NCBI RefSeq assembly: GCF_006345805.1
Contig: NC_043003.1
Span: 58,590,001-58,654,000, forward strand
DNA length: 64,000 bases
Direction: 5' to 3'
Origin: Octopus sinensis
Taxonomy: Eukaryota
Shown: positions 13,452-26,300 of the stretch, piece after piece
Layout of the letters: each line of letters starts with the position of its first letter
Position numbering within the stretch: position 1 is the first letter of the stretch
The notes under the pieces: model-generated
The model's database searches: none
What the model was told of the DNA's origin: nothing
Seen by the model: only the letters and a program-made list of their open reading frames with translations
Translations under genes and position numbers: made by a program

Positions 13452-13833
13452 ACTCTCTTTTACTTGTTTCAGTCATTTGACTGTGGCCGTGCTGGAGGAC
13501 CGCCTTTAGTTGAGCAAATCAACCCCAGGACTTATTCTTTGGAAGCCTAGTACTTATTCTATCAGTCTCTTTTGCCGAACTGCTAAGTAACGGGGATGTA
13601 AACACACCACCATCGGTTATTAATTGATGTTGGGGGGACAAACATATACATACACATACATATATATATGCATATATACGACGGGCTTCTTTCAGCTTCC
13701 ATCTACCAAATCCACTCACAAGGCTTTGGTCAGCCCGAGGCTATAGTAGAAGATACTTGCCATAAGTGCCACGCAGTGGGAACGAACCCAGAACCATGTG
13801 GTTGGTAAGCAAGCTACTTACCACACAGCCACT
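13452..13833 (-). mobile_element. SINE family A
   Basis: Full-length reverse match. Confidence 0.85.
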
Positions 13834-14251
13834 ACTAACCAGTTAACAATACAACCTGCATCCGATATATTGCAAAGAGGGGAGCAGAACAGCCATGTTG
13901 AAGTGGTGACAAACATTACTTGCCAGTACAGTTACCGCTTTCATCTCTTACAGAGGTTCTATAACTAGCTGCTTTGCTTTTCTTTCTCTTCTTGTTTTTC
14001 TTACTCTTTTAAAAACTTTATTATATCTAATTGTTAATATAACTCAATATTACTGAACATTCAAACATGCAATACTGTTATGAAAATCATCAAACATTTG
14101 ATCTTTTATTACTATCTATCTCTGTGAAACTCATTGAATATTGGAATTTGTATGAGTATTTGAGCTTTTAAGCATGCTTTTCTGAATTTTTCTTCATAAC
14201 TTTAACCTCTGCCAAAACCATTTTTTAATTTTTTTTTTATTTACCACTGAT

Positions 14252-14762
14252 AGGCACAGGAGTGGCTGTGTGGTATGTAGATTGCTTACCAACCACATGA
14301 TTCTGGGTTCAGTCCCACTATGTGGCACCTTGGGTAAGTGTCTTCTACTATAGCCTTGGGCCGACCAAAGCCTTGTGAGTGGATCTGGTAGACGGAAACT
14401 GAAAGAAGCCCATTGTATATATAGAGGATGAAATCGGCAATGGCTTCATAACTACTGTCTCGGCTATAACCTTGGAGCCCTTGTAATCCGTTACAGCACT
14501 TACCTAGCGTACCTAATCATTTAGATCACCTGTGAACTAAACCCTCATATTTTGTGTGTGCGTATTTATTTTCCCCAACATCGCTTGACAACCGATGCTG
14601 GTGTGTTTACGTCCCTGTAACTTAGCAGTTCAGCAATAGATACCAATAGAATAAGTACTAAGCTTACAAAGAATAAGTCCTGGGGTCAATTTGCTTGACT
14701 AAAGGCAGTGCTCAAGCATGGCCACAGTCAAAATGACTGAAACAAATAAAAGAATAAAAGAA
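14252..14762 (+). mobile_element. SINE family A with a ~125 bp insert in its central microsatellite
   Basis: Head and tail intact; unrelated sequence at about 14424-14550. Confidence 0.8.
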
Positions 14763-15077
14763 TTGATAAACAAAAACTTGTCAAAACTGGTTTGGTATTT
14801 TAATAACCTGATACACAATTTTAAAACAACCACGTTTTAATAATCAGGTGCATTTTCAACCTCCAAGACGAACCTTGCCTATATTCTTTCCTGTGCGGGA
14901 ATACACTTCTTTTCTCCATACATACATATATATATATATACATATATTATATTAAATTAGAGATAAAACCACTATTAGGCAAATCATACAATGAAAAACT
15001 TAAGCCAATACATAAGATTAATTAATTTATATTATTTTAAATATATATCAAAATTATTAAAAGAAGATAATTAGTAT

Positions 15078-15145
15078 AACACTACAATCGTTTCATGGCT
15101 GTCCAATTCGTAAAATTCGAGTTACAGTCATTCTTCAGGTGATTG
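15078..15145 (-). ncRNA. Type I hammerhead ribozyme motif (Penelope-type, slightly decayed)
   Basis: Minus strand CAC-CTGAAGA-ATGACTGT...ACAGCCAT-GAAA-CGATTG-TA-GTG: stem II 7 of 8 bp, near-palindromic stem III, GUA site; lies between (TA)n tracts. Confidence 0.6.
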
Positions 15146-16823
15146 AAATATTTAACTTATCGAGGTTTAATCAATGAACTATATATACATATATATAATT
15201 TGGCATCTTTGTGTTAAACTACATAAAACTATCAGAATACCTCATCTATTGTAAAAATAAATTTGTATCTCTGATCAACCCTCATTGAGCAAATTGATGA
15301 TGCACGGTTTCAATCTCGACCATTCCTTCATTTTTGTTTTTAGTTACAGTATAACTGTAACTCCATTATCTGATGTAGTATTTTTTTCTGAAAAGAAATG
15401 AAGGATGTGAATTGAGGGAGATTTGGCTGTTGTTTCTAAAAGCTCAATGGTATGGGAAGAAGTAGTAGTTAGATCTCAGAATACTAGGTAAAACAGCAGA
15501 AATGATAAAAGACCAAGAGTAATTGTGACACACACTACAAATGACTAATGACTAATGATTGAATGGGAAAATAAACACTAAAACAATGATGATGATGATG
15601 ATGGTGAGTTGGTCTTTAATGGCATTTCATTTCCAAGCATAAAAGTGTAGCATATTTGAATTTCATTACAAAATTTATAATTGGACATCTCATTAACATG
15701 GTTACAAAGGATAGAATGGTTTGGCCGAGTCATCGGGACCCTGAATGAAATGACTTGTGGTATTTAGTTATATAATCCTTAACATTTTTATTTTGAATCA
15801 GGTTGGCTTTCCCTTTAATCTTTAGTAGTGGTGGTGGAATTAAAATAGGTACCAGTAAAATACTAGGGTCCATATTATCAACTATACCCAACCCAAAATT
15901 TGAAGCTGTGTGCCTGTGTAAAAATCAATATGGACATACATCGGTGCTTTAACTCGTTAAAATTTAATCTAGCCATATCTGTCTTATGTTCAAACTGACC
16001 AGATCTGGCCTTTCTCACCTACCCTACAATGTCATTCTAAAAATAAACAAGTCTTGCAACTCAAGATAGAGGTCCTTTCCGAGTTATATAAACTCAAAGG
16101 GGACCAATTTCCCAGTTTCCATGGCGCATATATTTCTATACTTGCCCCCACCCCCACCCCACCCCGCCCTGGATGGGGCACCAGTCTGTCACAAGATACT
16201 CATTTTTACCAGCTGAGTGGACTGGAGTAATGGGAAATGAAGTGTCTTGCTCAAGAACACAACACATCACCCGGTCTAGGAATCGAAACCACAATCTTAC
16301 CATCATAAGTCCAACACCCTGACCACTAATTCATGCAACTACAAGAAAATGCATGATTAATTCAAAACAATATGAATAAAGAAGTGTTACATTTGACAAA
16401 ATAATCTAAATGCTAGAGTTAAGGATAAACTGAATAACATGTAGGGGTGAAATATTTTTCAAGACCACATTCACTAAATCAGGTGATAAAAGGGAGCCTG
16501 CATGTAGCTGCTCAACCTGCTAGAAAATGCAGCCAATTTTCCCTTAAATCACACTCAACTAACATAAAAAAAGGAATGACACGATTGACGTGGTAGTTCT
16601 AAATATACAGGTCTGTATATTTAGGGTTGGTTGCAACTGGAGCACCTTCCATCAAAGGTTTGCTAAATCAGGATTGACAAGGAGCTTAACAATATGGTGA
16701 TATGACATTATGGGAAAATTTATGTAACCAATCAGAGCATGGAAAAAAAATGGATTGAACTAGATTGGAAGGGATGAGGTATTTGTATTAAAAAGAAAAA
16801 GAAATCCCAGAACTTTGAACAAT

Positions 16824-17225
16824 AGGCACAGGCATGGCTGTGAGGTTAAGAAGCTTGCTACCAACTATGTGGTTTTGGGTTCTGTCCCACTGCACAGCAC
16901 ACTAGGCTTCTACTATAAACCTAAGCTGAATAATGTCTTGAGAGGGAATTTGACAGATGGATACTGGATGGAAGCCTGTCGTATATGGGGTGGGGGTGCA
17001 TGCAACTATGTTTGGTCCCACACCGCCACTCGACAACCAGTGTTTGTTTGTTTACATCCCCGTAACTTAGCTGTTTGGTAAAAGAGACAAATAGAATAAG
17101 TCCCAGACTCTATAAACAAAAATTTATAAACTGGGGTTAATTTGTTTGACTAAACCCTTCGAGGCGGTGCCCCAGCATGGCCACAGTTCAATGACTAAAA
17201 CAAGGTAAAAAAGAAATGATAAAAG
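16824..17225 (+). mobile_element. SINE family A (older, diverged)
   Basis: Diverged head and tail. Confidence 0.75.
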
Positions 17226-17468
17226 ATGTGCCTCAAGAATGATTCTGAATGAAAAACTACTTTAATAAGATTATAATTTGGGGGACTATTAACAACTATC
17301 TTTAGAAATAACATTTTCGTCTTTTTTTTTTAGTTTTTTTTTTTTCTTACAATAATTGAAGCTACATGAGATGGCAAATTAGCAGAGTTAATAGATAAGC
17401 CCATTTAATTAATACATGAATGAAGTGTCTTTTTGGTTGTTCCTTTCTTTCAAAGAGTAAATCATTAA

Positions 17469-18253
17469 CCCTTTAGGTACCTGCCTGAGACCATTCCTGA
17501 ATCTATGATAACAAAATTCTCATTCAAAAGAAAATGATTTAAATTAAAAGCTTCCATCAAAATTCCATGCTACTTAACATTCCAAACAACAGCTTAATAA
17601 TGACAAAAATATTGGGTTGTCCAGAAAGTTCGTGCCGATTTATAGTAGTTTACCTTTCGACTTATTTTAGAACATGATTGAATCCATAAAATAGGATTTG
17701 ACTACACCTCCATTTAGAGCACAGTTTAAGCTATCTTTTTGTGGAAGAAGGTTTATGTTCCTATAACCTGTGTTAATTCTGTAACCATTTAAAATGGAAG
17801 ATAAGAAAGTTCATTTTCGGCACTTTATGCTTTGGGAACCAGGCAAAAATTGCTGCAGCTCGGCTGGGATGTGTTACCCCACCCTCCATATTCACCAGAT
17901 ATCGCTCCTTTGGATTTCCACTAATTCAGGTCTCTGCAGAATAGTCTTAATGGTAAAAATTTCAATTCCTTGGATGACGTAAAAAGATACCTTGATGAAT
18001 TCTTTGCCATGAAACCACCTCAATTCTGGGAAGAAGGTATTTTCAAGTTAAAGGAAAGATGGAGATGCATTGTGCAACAAAATGGTTCATATTTGGTTGA
18101 TTAAAAATGTAATGGCAAGTATTTACTGAGATTTTTTCTTTCCTTTAAAAATCGGCACAAACTTTCCAGACAACCCAATACTTTACTAAATTATTTTCAA
18201 AATTAATTGAAACAAAGACAGGGTATTTCAACAGAAATATGGCAATAAAAGGG
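17469..18253. mobile_element. piggyBac-type MITE (host of the mariner insertion)
   Basis: TTAA|CCCTTT ... AAAGGG|TTAC; the right-end sequence resembles the left end of the element at 62665. Confidence 0.65.
17612..18178 (+). mobile_element. Internally deleted mariner element (N-terminus resembles the mellifera subfamily)
   Basis: TA-flanked ~30 bp TIRs TTGGGTTGTCCAGAAAGTTCGTGCCGATTT / AAATCGGCACAAACTTTCCAGACAACCCAA; MEDKKVHFRHFMLWE joined to LGWDVLPHPPYSPDIAP...WRCIVQQNGSYLVD*. Confidence 0.9.
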
Positions 18254-19236
18254 TTACGATGACTCCCACAGTAAAGTCTGTCTAAATTAGGGCTTCGTCC
18301 TTGATGGTAATCAAATTAACAATGCTGTCCGTTGAACCATCTAATCATTCTACTAGCTTTGCTAATTTTTGTACAGCAAGTTCTCCTCTAAATGAATATA
18401 AAAGCAAAATGAATCAAACCAGACTTCAGTCTTTTGTTTTTCTTCCAGATGAGAAATGATTTGGTATTTTTGAAAGTGGTGCCCTATTTTGTTCCAATAT
18501 GGAATTTGGTACTCATTTATCCTCAGTCCAGAAGCAAACAAATTCAGCTCTTCCCTTTGAAAATAATTTGAAATAGTTCCAATGGTTCCAGTGAACCAGA
18601 GATAGTTGTTTCATTAACCCATATATACCCCTGGATGCATTTTCACAACGCAAAACCTGCTCCTACTTGTGTTGGACGTGAACATGCCAGGAAGCATCTC
18701 ACTGAACATACGAAATGTTCAGTAGGTAGTCGACACCCATAGCTAACAGTTGCATATTGTCCTTCTCTTCCAGATTGTGAAAGCTTACCATAACGTTTAA
18801 TCTAAATACAGTGAGACTTTTTATGGGCATATATGGGTTACGGTTACATTTTGATTCAATGCATGCTGCTGCTGTGAAGCTTAAATATTTTCCACGTGGA
18901 AAAGAGGACCAGACATTCACCAACAATTAGTTGGTTCCTAAACCTCTGATGATGTAACCTGAATAAATTAGTCATAATAAAGTTTGTATGTTGAGACACA
19001 CCACACCTGTTAATCCATTTACTTCACTCATTTCAAGTGAGAAGGCTAGCTAATATGATACAGTCCCAGGGTTGCTGAACTAAATATGTATCAGATAGTC
19101 TTTTATCATCTTGCCTCTTCTACTCCTGAGGGGATGGGTCATATCCCATCAGGGTAAATATATCCCTGTGGAGACAGGAATAAACTTTGATCTTCTCACA
19201 CAATGTACAATGGTTAACAAATACTAAGTAAAGGTA

Positions 19237-19430
19237 TCATCATCATCATTGTTCAACCGTGGTCGAGACAATGGAATTCACCATGCTACGCCAGACTTCA
19301 CGGTCCATCATGGCATTACGGAGGTCCTGTTGCTGGATGCCTGTATCCCTGGAGATTACATCAGGGTAGGAGAGTGTGCACCCTCTGTATTGCGAGTAGA
19401 TGGCTTCCAGAGGAGAAGAGTAGAAATTAC
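19237..19430 (-). mobile_element. RTE-group LINE 3' fragment
   Basis: Translates VISTLLLWKPS / LSYPDVISRDTGIQQQDLRNAMMDREVWR; (TGA)n tail. Confidence 0.7.
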
Positions 19431-20749
19431 TTGATGGTATGGGTCCCAGTGGTTAGCATGCAAGGCTCAAAATCATAAGATTGTTGTTTCAGTTCCTGGA
19501 GGAGGTGGTGCTGTGTCCTTAAGTAAAGAACTTCCTTTTCCATTGCTCCAGTCTGCTCACCTGTAAATGAGTACCAACAATAGCTGGAAGATCCCCTTGT
19601 AACAGACTGGTGTCCCTTCCAGTGAACGCCTTCAACAGCAAGAGTAACACTGACCCAACAACACTTACTTTCTGCCGCAGGAAGTCTATCATGACAGCCC
19701 AAGTCATACTGTCAGCCACAACTTGATGAATACTCAAGCACTAGTCACAGTCATGTGAAGGAGCATGACCCAGTAGGTAGAGTGTCAGGCTCATAATCAT
19801 GAGGTAGTGAGTTCAATACTTGAACCAGGCTGTATGTTGTATTCTTGAGCAAGACGCTTTATTTCACATTGCTCCAGTTCACTCGACCGTAGAAATGAGT
19901 TGTGATGTCACTGGTGCCTAGCTGTATAGACTTTTGCTTTTCCCTACGATAACATCAGTGGCATGGAGAGACGAGGCTGGTAAGCATGGGTGACTGCTGA
20001 TTTTCCATAAACAACCTTTCCCGGACTTGTGCTTCGGAGGGGAACATTCTAGGTGCAGTCCCATGGTCATTTATGACCAAAGGGGTTTTTACTCTAGTTA
20101 TAATCATATTTAGTGTCCAACATAAGAATGTTGTGTTGTATTGAGACATCGTTGTTCCCTGATACTTAGTTGGATTCTTACAACCTTTGTATTCTATAAA
20201 GAAGGTCCTTGTTGCAATCTAAGCTGCAGCTTTGTGGGTGTTTTAACAATCTGTTATGTCCAACTATGAGCTGAAAAAGGGATCCTTGCCTTCTACTCCA
20301 ATAGATGTGATAACACTTAAACTCCACGGGATAGGTATTTTCTAGTTTCGTTATGACAGTGTGTTGATGAGAACAGAAGCATTCAGAAGAAAGGTTTGCA
20401 GTGAGTTTCAGTCAGTTGGAAGCTAAGTGCATGGCAAATGAGGAAGTTTTCACAACAGATGTGCTGCCAACAGAGGATGTCCTTGCTGGAGGAATGGTAG
20501 AGTGGAAGATTCCAAGAAGTTGTGACACTCTGGGCAAAGAATCAAAAGACTCTACAGTAGTTTTGTGAAGCAAAGGAGCACAAAGAATACAAAGGCATTG
20601 TTTGATTTTTTAAAATCTCAATGGCAGTGCTAAAGCTCAAAAAACCTTCCGGTGGTGTTGGTAGAGGATGTGTTCTAAGTTTACTTGGCAGAGTTCTTTA
20701 CCAGTGGAGCACAGCTGTGTGTAAACAACATGATTTTCATGGAAGATGA

Positions 20750-23206
20750 CTAGAAGGATATTTTTGGTAAGTGAGTACGCTGGTGCTTATTTAAAGTAGC
20801 TTTAAACCAGAATCTTTTAGTACAGATATCGCAACGGCGTGGTTTCTCTCCTGTGTGAAAACGTCTATGAGAAGTTAAAATTATATTCGCAGAGAATGTT
20901 TTAGCACAGATATCACACTGATATGGCTTATCTCCAGTGTGAAGACGCTTGTGAAGTGTTAAATATTCATTTCGAGAGAAATTCCTACCACACATGTCAC
21001 AGTGGTATGGTTTCTCACCTGTGAAAATACATTTGTGAACTATTAAATATCTCTTCAGTGCAAATACTTTACCACAGATATCACACTGATGCAGTTTCTC
21101 ACCAGCATAAATATTCTTATGAGAAGTTAAATTTTCATTTACAGTGAGTTCTTTACCAAAGATATTAGACTGGTAGAGTTTCTCACCAGTATCAATATGT
21201 TTATTGTAAGCTAAATCTCCACTCTGATACAATTCTTTGCCATAGCTATCATAGTGATATTGTTTTTCACCTGCATGAATACTTTGGTGATTGGTTAGAA
21301 GCTTGTTTTCAGAAAATGTTTTACCACAGGTATCATACTCGTTTGGGTTCCACTCTGAATGAACACGTTTATGAGATGACAAACTTCCACTTATCAAGAA
21401 TTTTTTACCACAGATATCACAGTGGTATGGTTTCTCGCCTGTGTGAGTACGCTTATGAATAGTTAAGACCAAATTCTGCGTGAAAGTTTTACCACAAGTA
21501 CTGCAACGGTGTGATTTGTCATTCTTGCGAATACATTTGTGATAATTTAATTCAGAATTCTCTGAGAATGTTTTCCCACATTTATCACAATGATATGCTT
21601 CCTCTCCATTATGAATACGTTTGTGATGTGTCAAATATTCCTTCCGAGAGAATGTCTTAGAACAGACATCACAGCGGTATGGCTTCACACCAGTATGAAT
21701 GTGTTTGTGCCGAACTAAATATCTCTTTCTGGCAAATAATTTATTACAGATGTCACACTGGTGCGCTTTCTCTGTGTGGATAAGTTTATGCGAAGTTAAA
21801 TTTTCACTAACACTGAATTTCTTAAAACAGACATCACACTGGTAAGGTTTCTCAACAGTGTGAATACGTCTGTGACGAGACAAATCTCCACTTACCGCAA
21901 ACCTTTTACCACAGATATCACACTGGTATGGTTTCTCCCCCGTGTGAATATTTCGGTGATTACTTAAATGCCCACTCTGAGAGAATGTTTTATTACAGAT
22001 ATCACACTGATACGGTTTTTCGTTTGAATGAATACGCTTATGACAAGATAAATTTCCAGTTGTTGAGAATGTTTTACCGCATACATCGCAATGGTATGGT
22101 TTACTACCTGTGTGTATACGTTTATGACAAGATAGATTTGCACTTCCAGAGAATCTTTTACCACAGATATCACATTCATATGGTTTTTCTCCTGTATGAG
22201 TACGTACATGACGTTTCAAGTAATCATTCCGAGAAAATGTTTTGCTACAGATAGCACAGTGGTATGGTTTTTCTCCCGTGTGAATCAGCTTATGGTAAGT
22301 TAAATATCCATTTTGAGAAAATGCTTTACCACAGACATCACAGTGGTACGGTTTCTCATCCATGTGAATACGTTTATGGATGGTTAATATTTTGCTTTTA
22401 GAAAACGTTTTCCCACAGACATCACAATCATGGAGTTTTTCATCAACATGAAGGCGTTTATGGACAGTCAATGTTCTATTTGTAGTAAACGTCTTACCAC
22501 AGATATCACAAAGGTATGGCTTGTCATCAGTATGAATACGTTTATGAGCAGTTAATTTTCTAAGTACTTTGAAGGCCTTGCCGCAAACATCACAATGATA
22601 AGGTTTCTCATCTGAATGAATACGTTTATGAGAAGATAAAGTTCCAATTGTTGAGAATATTTTACCACAGGTATCACATTGAAATGGTTTTTCTGCAATG
22701 TGAGTATGTTTGTGACTAGTTAAATTAGCTATGTTTGAAAATGTTTTGTCACAGATATCACAGCGGTATACTTTCTCGTTTGTATGTGTACATTTATGAC
22801 GAGCTAATTTTGAATTCTTAGAGAATATTTTACCACATATATCACATTGGCATGGTTTTTCTTTTAAGTGTGTATATTCGTGACGAGATAAGTTATTTTT
22901 CTGTGAGAAGGTCTTAGTACAGATACTACACTGATATGGTTTATCCCCTGTGTGAGTGAGTTTATGACGAGTCAATTTTGAACGGACTGTAAACACTTTA
23001 CCACAGATATCACAGTGATATGTTTTTTTATCTGTGTGGATATATTTGTGATTAGTCAAACTTTCTATATCAGAGAATATAAGTAAACATACATCACAGG
23101 TGTAGAATTTCTTTGTGATATTTAATTGCATTTCATGGGATAAATCTTTACTCTCTGTTTTTATTTCAGTAGAAGGAACAAGATTTTCACGCAATGTCTC
23201 CTCCAT
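20750..23206 (-). CDS. Tandem C2H2 zinc-finger protein, 818 aa (paralog 1); 28 finger units, about 23 intact; no recognisable KRAB/SCAN/ZAD/BTB domain
   Basis: Uninterrupted ORF of repeated C-x2-C-x12-H-x3-H units with TGEKPY-type linkers after a ~35 aa leader (MEETLR...EIKTE). Units 19 and 22-25 have lost zinc ligands. Confidence 0.95.
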   Translation of the reverse strand: MEETLRENLVPSTEIKTESKDLSHEMQLNITKKFYTCDVCLLIFSDIESLTNHKYIHTDKKTYHCDICGKVFTVRSKLTRHKLTHTGDKPYQCSICTKTFSQKNNLSRHEYTHLKEKPCQCDICGKIFSKNSKLARHKCTHTNEKVYRCDICDKTFSNIANLTSHKHTHIAEKPFQCDTCGKIFSTIGTLSSHKRIHSDEKPYHCDVCGKAFKVLRKLTAHKRIHTDDKPYLCDICGKTFTTNRTLTVHKRLHVDEKLHDCDVCGKTFSKSKILTIHKRIHMDEKPYHCDVCGKAFSQNGYLTYHKLIHTGEKPYHCAICSKTFSRNDYLKRHVRTHTGEKPYECDICGKRFSGSANLSCHKRIHTGSKPYHCDVCGKTFSTTGNLSCHKRIHSNEKPYQCDICNKTFSQSGHLSNHRNIHTGEKPYQCDICGKRFAVSGDLSRHRRIHTVEKPYQCDVCFKKFSVSENLTSHKLIHTEKAHQCDICNKLFARKRYLVRHKHIHTGVKPYRCDVCSKTFSRKEYLTHHKRIHNGEEAYHCDKCGKTFSENSELNYHKCIRKNDKSHRCSTCGKTFTQNLVLTIHKRTHTGEKPYHCDICGKKFLISGSLSSHKRVHSEWNPNEYDTCGKTFSENKLLTNHQSIHAGEKQYHYDSYGKELYQSGDLAYNKHIDTGEKLYQSNIFGKELTVNENLTSHKNIYAGEKLHQCDICGKVFALKRYLIVHKCIFTGEKPYHCDMCGRNFSRNEYLTLHKRLHTGDKPYQCDICAKTFSANIILTSHRRFHTGEKPRRCDICTKRFWFKATLNKHQRTHLPKISF

Positions 23207-23365
23207 ACTGTTGTTAGTTGTTCGTTAAATACAAATATAATTCCTTTATAATTTCATAAATTACTTCAAGGTTATTATATAACTGAAGTTGTAGATCTTG
23301 ACAATGTCATTGCTCAGTTCTTCGTATTCTTCATTGATTCCTTCATGTATCTTTGGTGAGAAATT
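23207..23365 (-). other. 5'UTR part of the coding exon of paralog 1, after a putative splice acceptor
   Basis: Minus strand reads TTTTGTTTTATTGCTTCAG|AATTTCTCACCAA; aligns with 47787-47928 of paralog 2. Confidence 0.7.
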
Positions 23366-26300
23366 CTGAAGCAATAAAACAAAATAATATAAACTTTAAG
23401 GGACAAAGAAACAGGTTATTGAAAAAAATAGACTGGACAAGAGAAATTGAAGATTGAACCAGCAAGAAAATATTTATAGAGGAAGACAGGTACAAACATG
23501 GCTGGGAAATTAAGAAGCTTGCTTTCCAACCACATGGTTTTGGGTTCAGTCCCCCTACATGGTACCTAGGGTAAGTATCTTCTTCTATAGCCCAGGGCCA
23601 ACTAAAACCTTATAAGTGGATGTAACAGAGAGAAATTTCTTAAGTACACAGTTATACTTGCGCCTATGATTTATGAGAAGGGTGGGGTGGCAATGTAGGT
23701 TCTTGTAGAGGATCTGCATTACTATTCACCTCAAGCAGGGGAGGGGAAGAAAAATAGAAAATGGAACGTAGGTGCTGCAAGAGAAAGCTGATGGTGATAA
23801 GGTGCTTAGGTGGTCACACAAGGCACAAAGATGATGTGTGGCAAAACATTTTCAAACATAGCTAATTTAACTAGTAACAAACAAGAGAAGGAGCAATTAT
23901 CTCTCAGATGTAGATATTATTTTCAGGACAATGGGACCAACAACTTGGTGAATATGCTGTTTTGACTGCCACCTTTTCATTACATCAAACCTGTTAACAA
24001 TTTGCATCCTTCTTGAATGTTGGCTCTAAACATAGTTAAACAGACAAAAGAGCTGATAAACTTGCTCAAGTGTAGGCTGGTATGTCATGTATACAATACA
24101 TCATGAAGACACGATTCAGATAGAATGCTCACTGAAAACAATGATAAGGCAAGTCACAACTGATCATAGTGGTGTTCAACTACAACTTACTGAACCAGAG
24201 GCATAGCTAGAGTGTGTGCCATCCAGGAAAGCACTTGTGGTTGCACCTGGGCCCTCAAGCTCATACAGGCTTGTACAGTGGACCCAAAAGTACCACCCCA
24301 ATGAAAGCATCACTCAACCCTCACTATACCACTGTTCTGAACATGTGACAAACACAATGACATGTGCTGCAACTGCTGTCTAACATTTCATTTACTGATG
24401 AATAACAGGAGGTAAGATACCCCCCACCTCTGCCCACCAGAACCATTCCCTTGCCTCCCCCACCCCCACCAGTTCCTAACCATGTCATTCCTCTCTCTTG
24501 CCCTTCCTGCCGACAACTGTATCATCTGCTGCTCCCACCCCACTTCTTTTCTGCATCCCTCCAATTTCGCCACCAATTCATAGCTCCTTACTCATCCACC
24601 CCGTCTAACCTACCAATTCTCACAGTCTGCCTCCCCATTCCCTCATTCTTCTTCCAATACAATCTTCCAAACCAATTCTTCCACTCACTTTGTGCCTTGT
24701 GTGGCCACCTAGGCCCCTTATCACCATTAGCTTTCTCTTGCAGCACCTACTGTTCATTTTCCATTTCTCTTCCCATCCCCTTAACAATGCAGATCCTCTA
24801 CAAGAACCAACACTGCCACCCTACCCTCCTCATAACTTAATCCTCTCATTCTTTAGCATGAAGCTGATCCACCACCACCACCACCTGGGTTTGTAATTCT
24901 GCAAGCTGCATGGTGACCTCAATAGTGCAGATGACATAAAAAAAAACCACTCAGCACACACTGTGAAGGGGTTGACATCAGGAAGGGTATTCAGTCTTAG
25001 AAACCATGCCAAACCATGGAGCACAATGCAGTCCTTGGACACATTGGATCCTGTCAACCCATCTAACCCATGCCAGCATGGAACATGGACATTAAATGAA
25101 GATGATGATGATGATGGTGATGATGTACATATTCCACTCAGTTTCAAGAAATAAAAATACATTTTCTTCAACAATGTGGTTAGAAACATTAATAAAATGT
25201 CTTCTGAGATGATCTTCAACTTTTAGAATAGACAGATGAGATAATATAAGGAAGAATTACAGAACAATCAGTAATCCTGCTGTGAGGAATTCAATTACAG
25301 TTCTCTCTCCTCTCATGTCATTTTTTTTTACAATATCCTCAATGACCATGTTCAGTTTATACAGTAGTGTTCAATGACCAATATTCAGTATCCACAGGAC
25401 ATTCAATGATCACAGTCTGTAAGCACAATGTGGTCTGTATGCTTACAATATGCTGATCAGCCACATTATGGTCAATATCCAGTACCACTGGACTGGCTCC
25501 TGTGCAGGTGGCATATAAAAAACACCATTTGAGCGTGCCTGTTGCCAGTACCGCCTGACTGGTCCTCGTGCCAGTGGCATGTAAAAGCACCCACTACACT
25601 CTCGGAGTGGTTGGCGTTAGGATGGGCACCCAGCTAGCCATCTGGTTTGCCAGTCTTCAGTCAAATCATCCAACCCATGCTAGCATGGAAAGCGGATGTT
25701 AAACGATGATGATGATGATCTATAATGTACTCACTGTTAACAAAATGTTGAATGACCAGAGGGTGTATTCTCTACCCCAGTATGATCAATGAACACAGAC
25801 CACAGAGTAGTCAAGGACCTAAATATCTGAAGGAAAAACTTAATTGTTAAACATCTAATAAAACTATACAGTAGTCTAACTCCATCTCACTGACAATCTA
25901 TTGATCTGGAAATTCCTGTTCCTTACTTAGACACTGATTACAAAGAACTGACAGGATGGTAATGAAATATTTTGGTAAGGCATAAAACCCCACAGTAACT
26001 GTGACAGTATTACATGTTGCACCATCCGTGTCAAAAGTGTTAAGCATATCCTGTGACTCAGCTCCAAACAACACTGACAATACTCCAGAATACAGATATA
26101 AATAGTATCCTAACAACACCGATCTTCCAACTCAGTCCAGACAAACATAAAACCACACACATTAAAAATAGCAACAACCTCAATGATGCCAATATTCCAA
26201 AAACTGTGCTGGGATGCATAGCTCCAATAATCTTTTCTATTCTACGCACAAGGCCTGAAATTTTTGGAGAGGGAGCCAGCCGATTAAATCAACTCCAGTA

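Noticed and set aside
18300-18960. Non-repetitive stretch with splice-acceptor-like sites and a 75-aa ORF
   Set aside because: No frame gives a recognisable protein; it could be a UTR or old repeat but cannot be supported.
21928-22254. Antisense and alternative-frame ORFs over the ZNF genes (also 21964-22209, 48092-48367, 48545-49000, 49409-49651)
   Set aside because: Expected shadows of periodic zinc-finger codons; no independent protein features.
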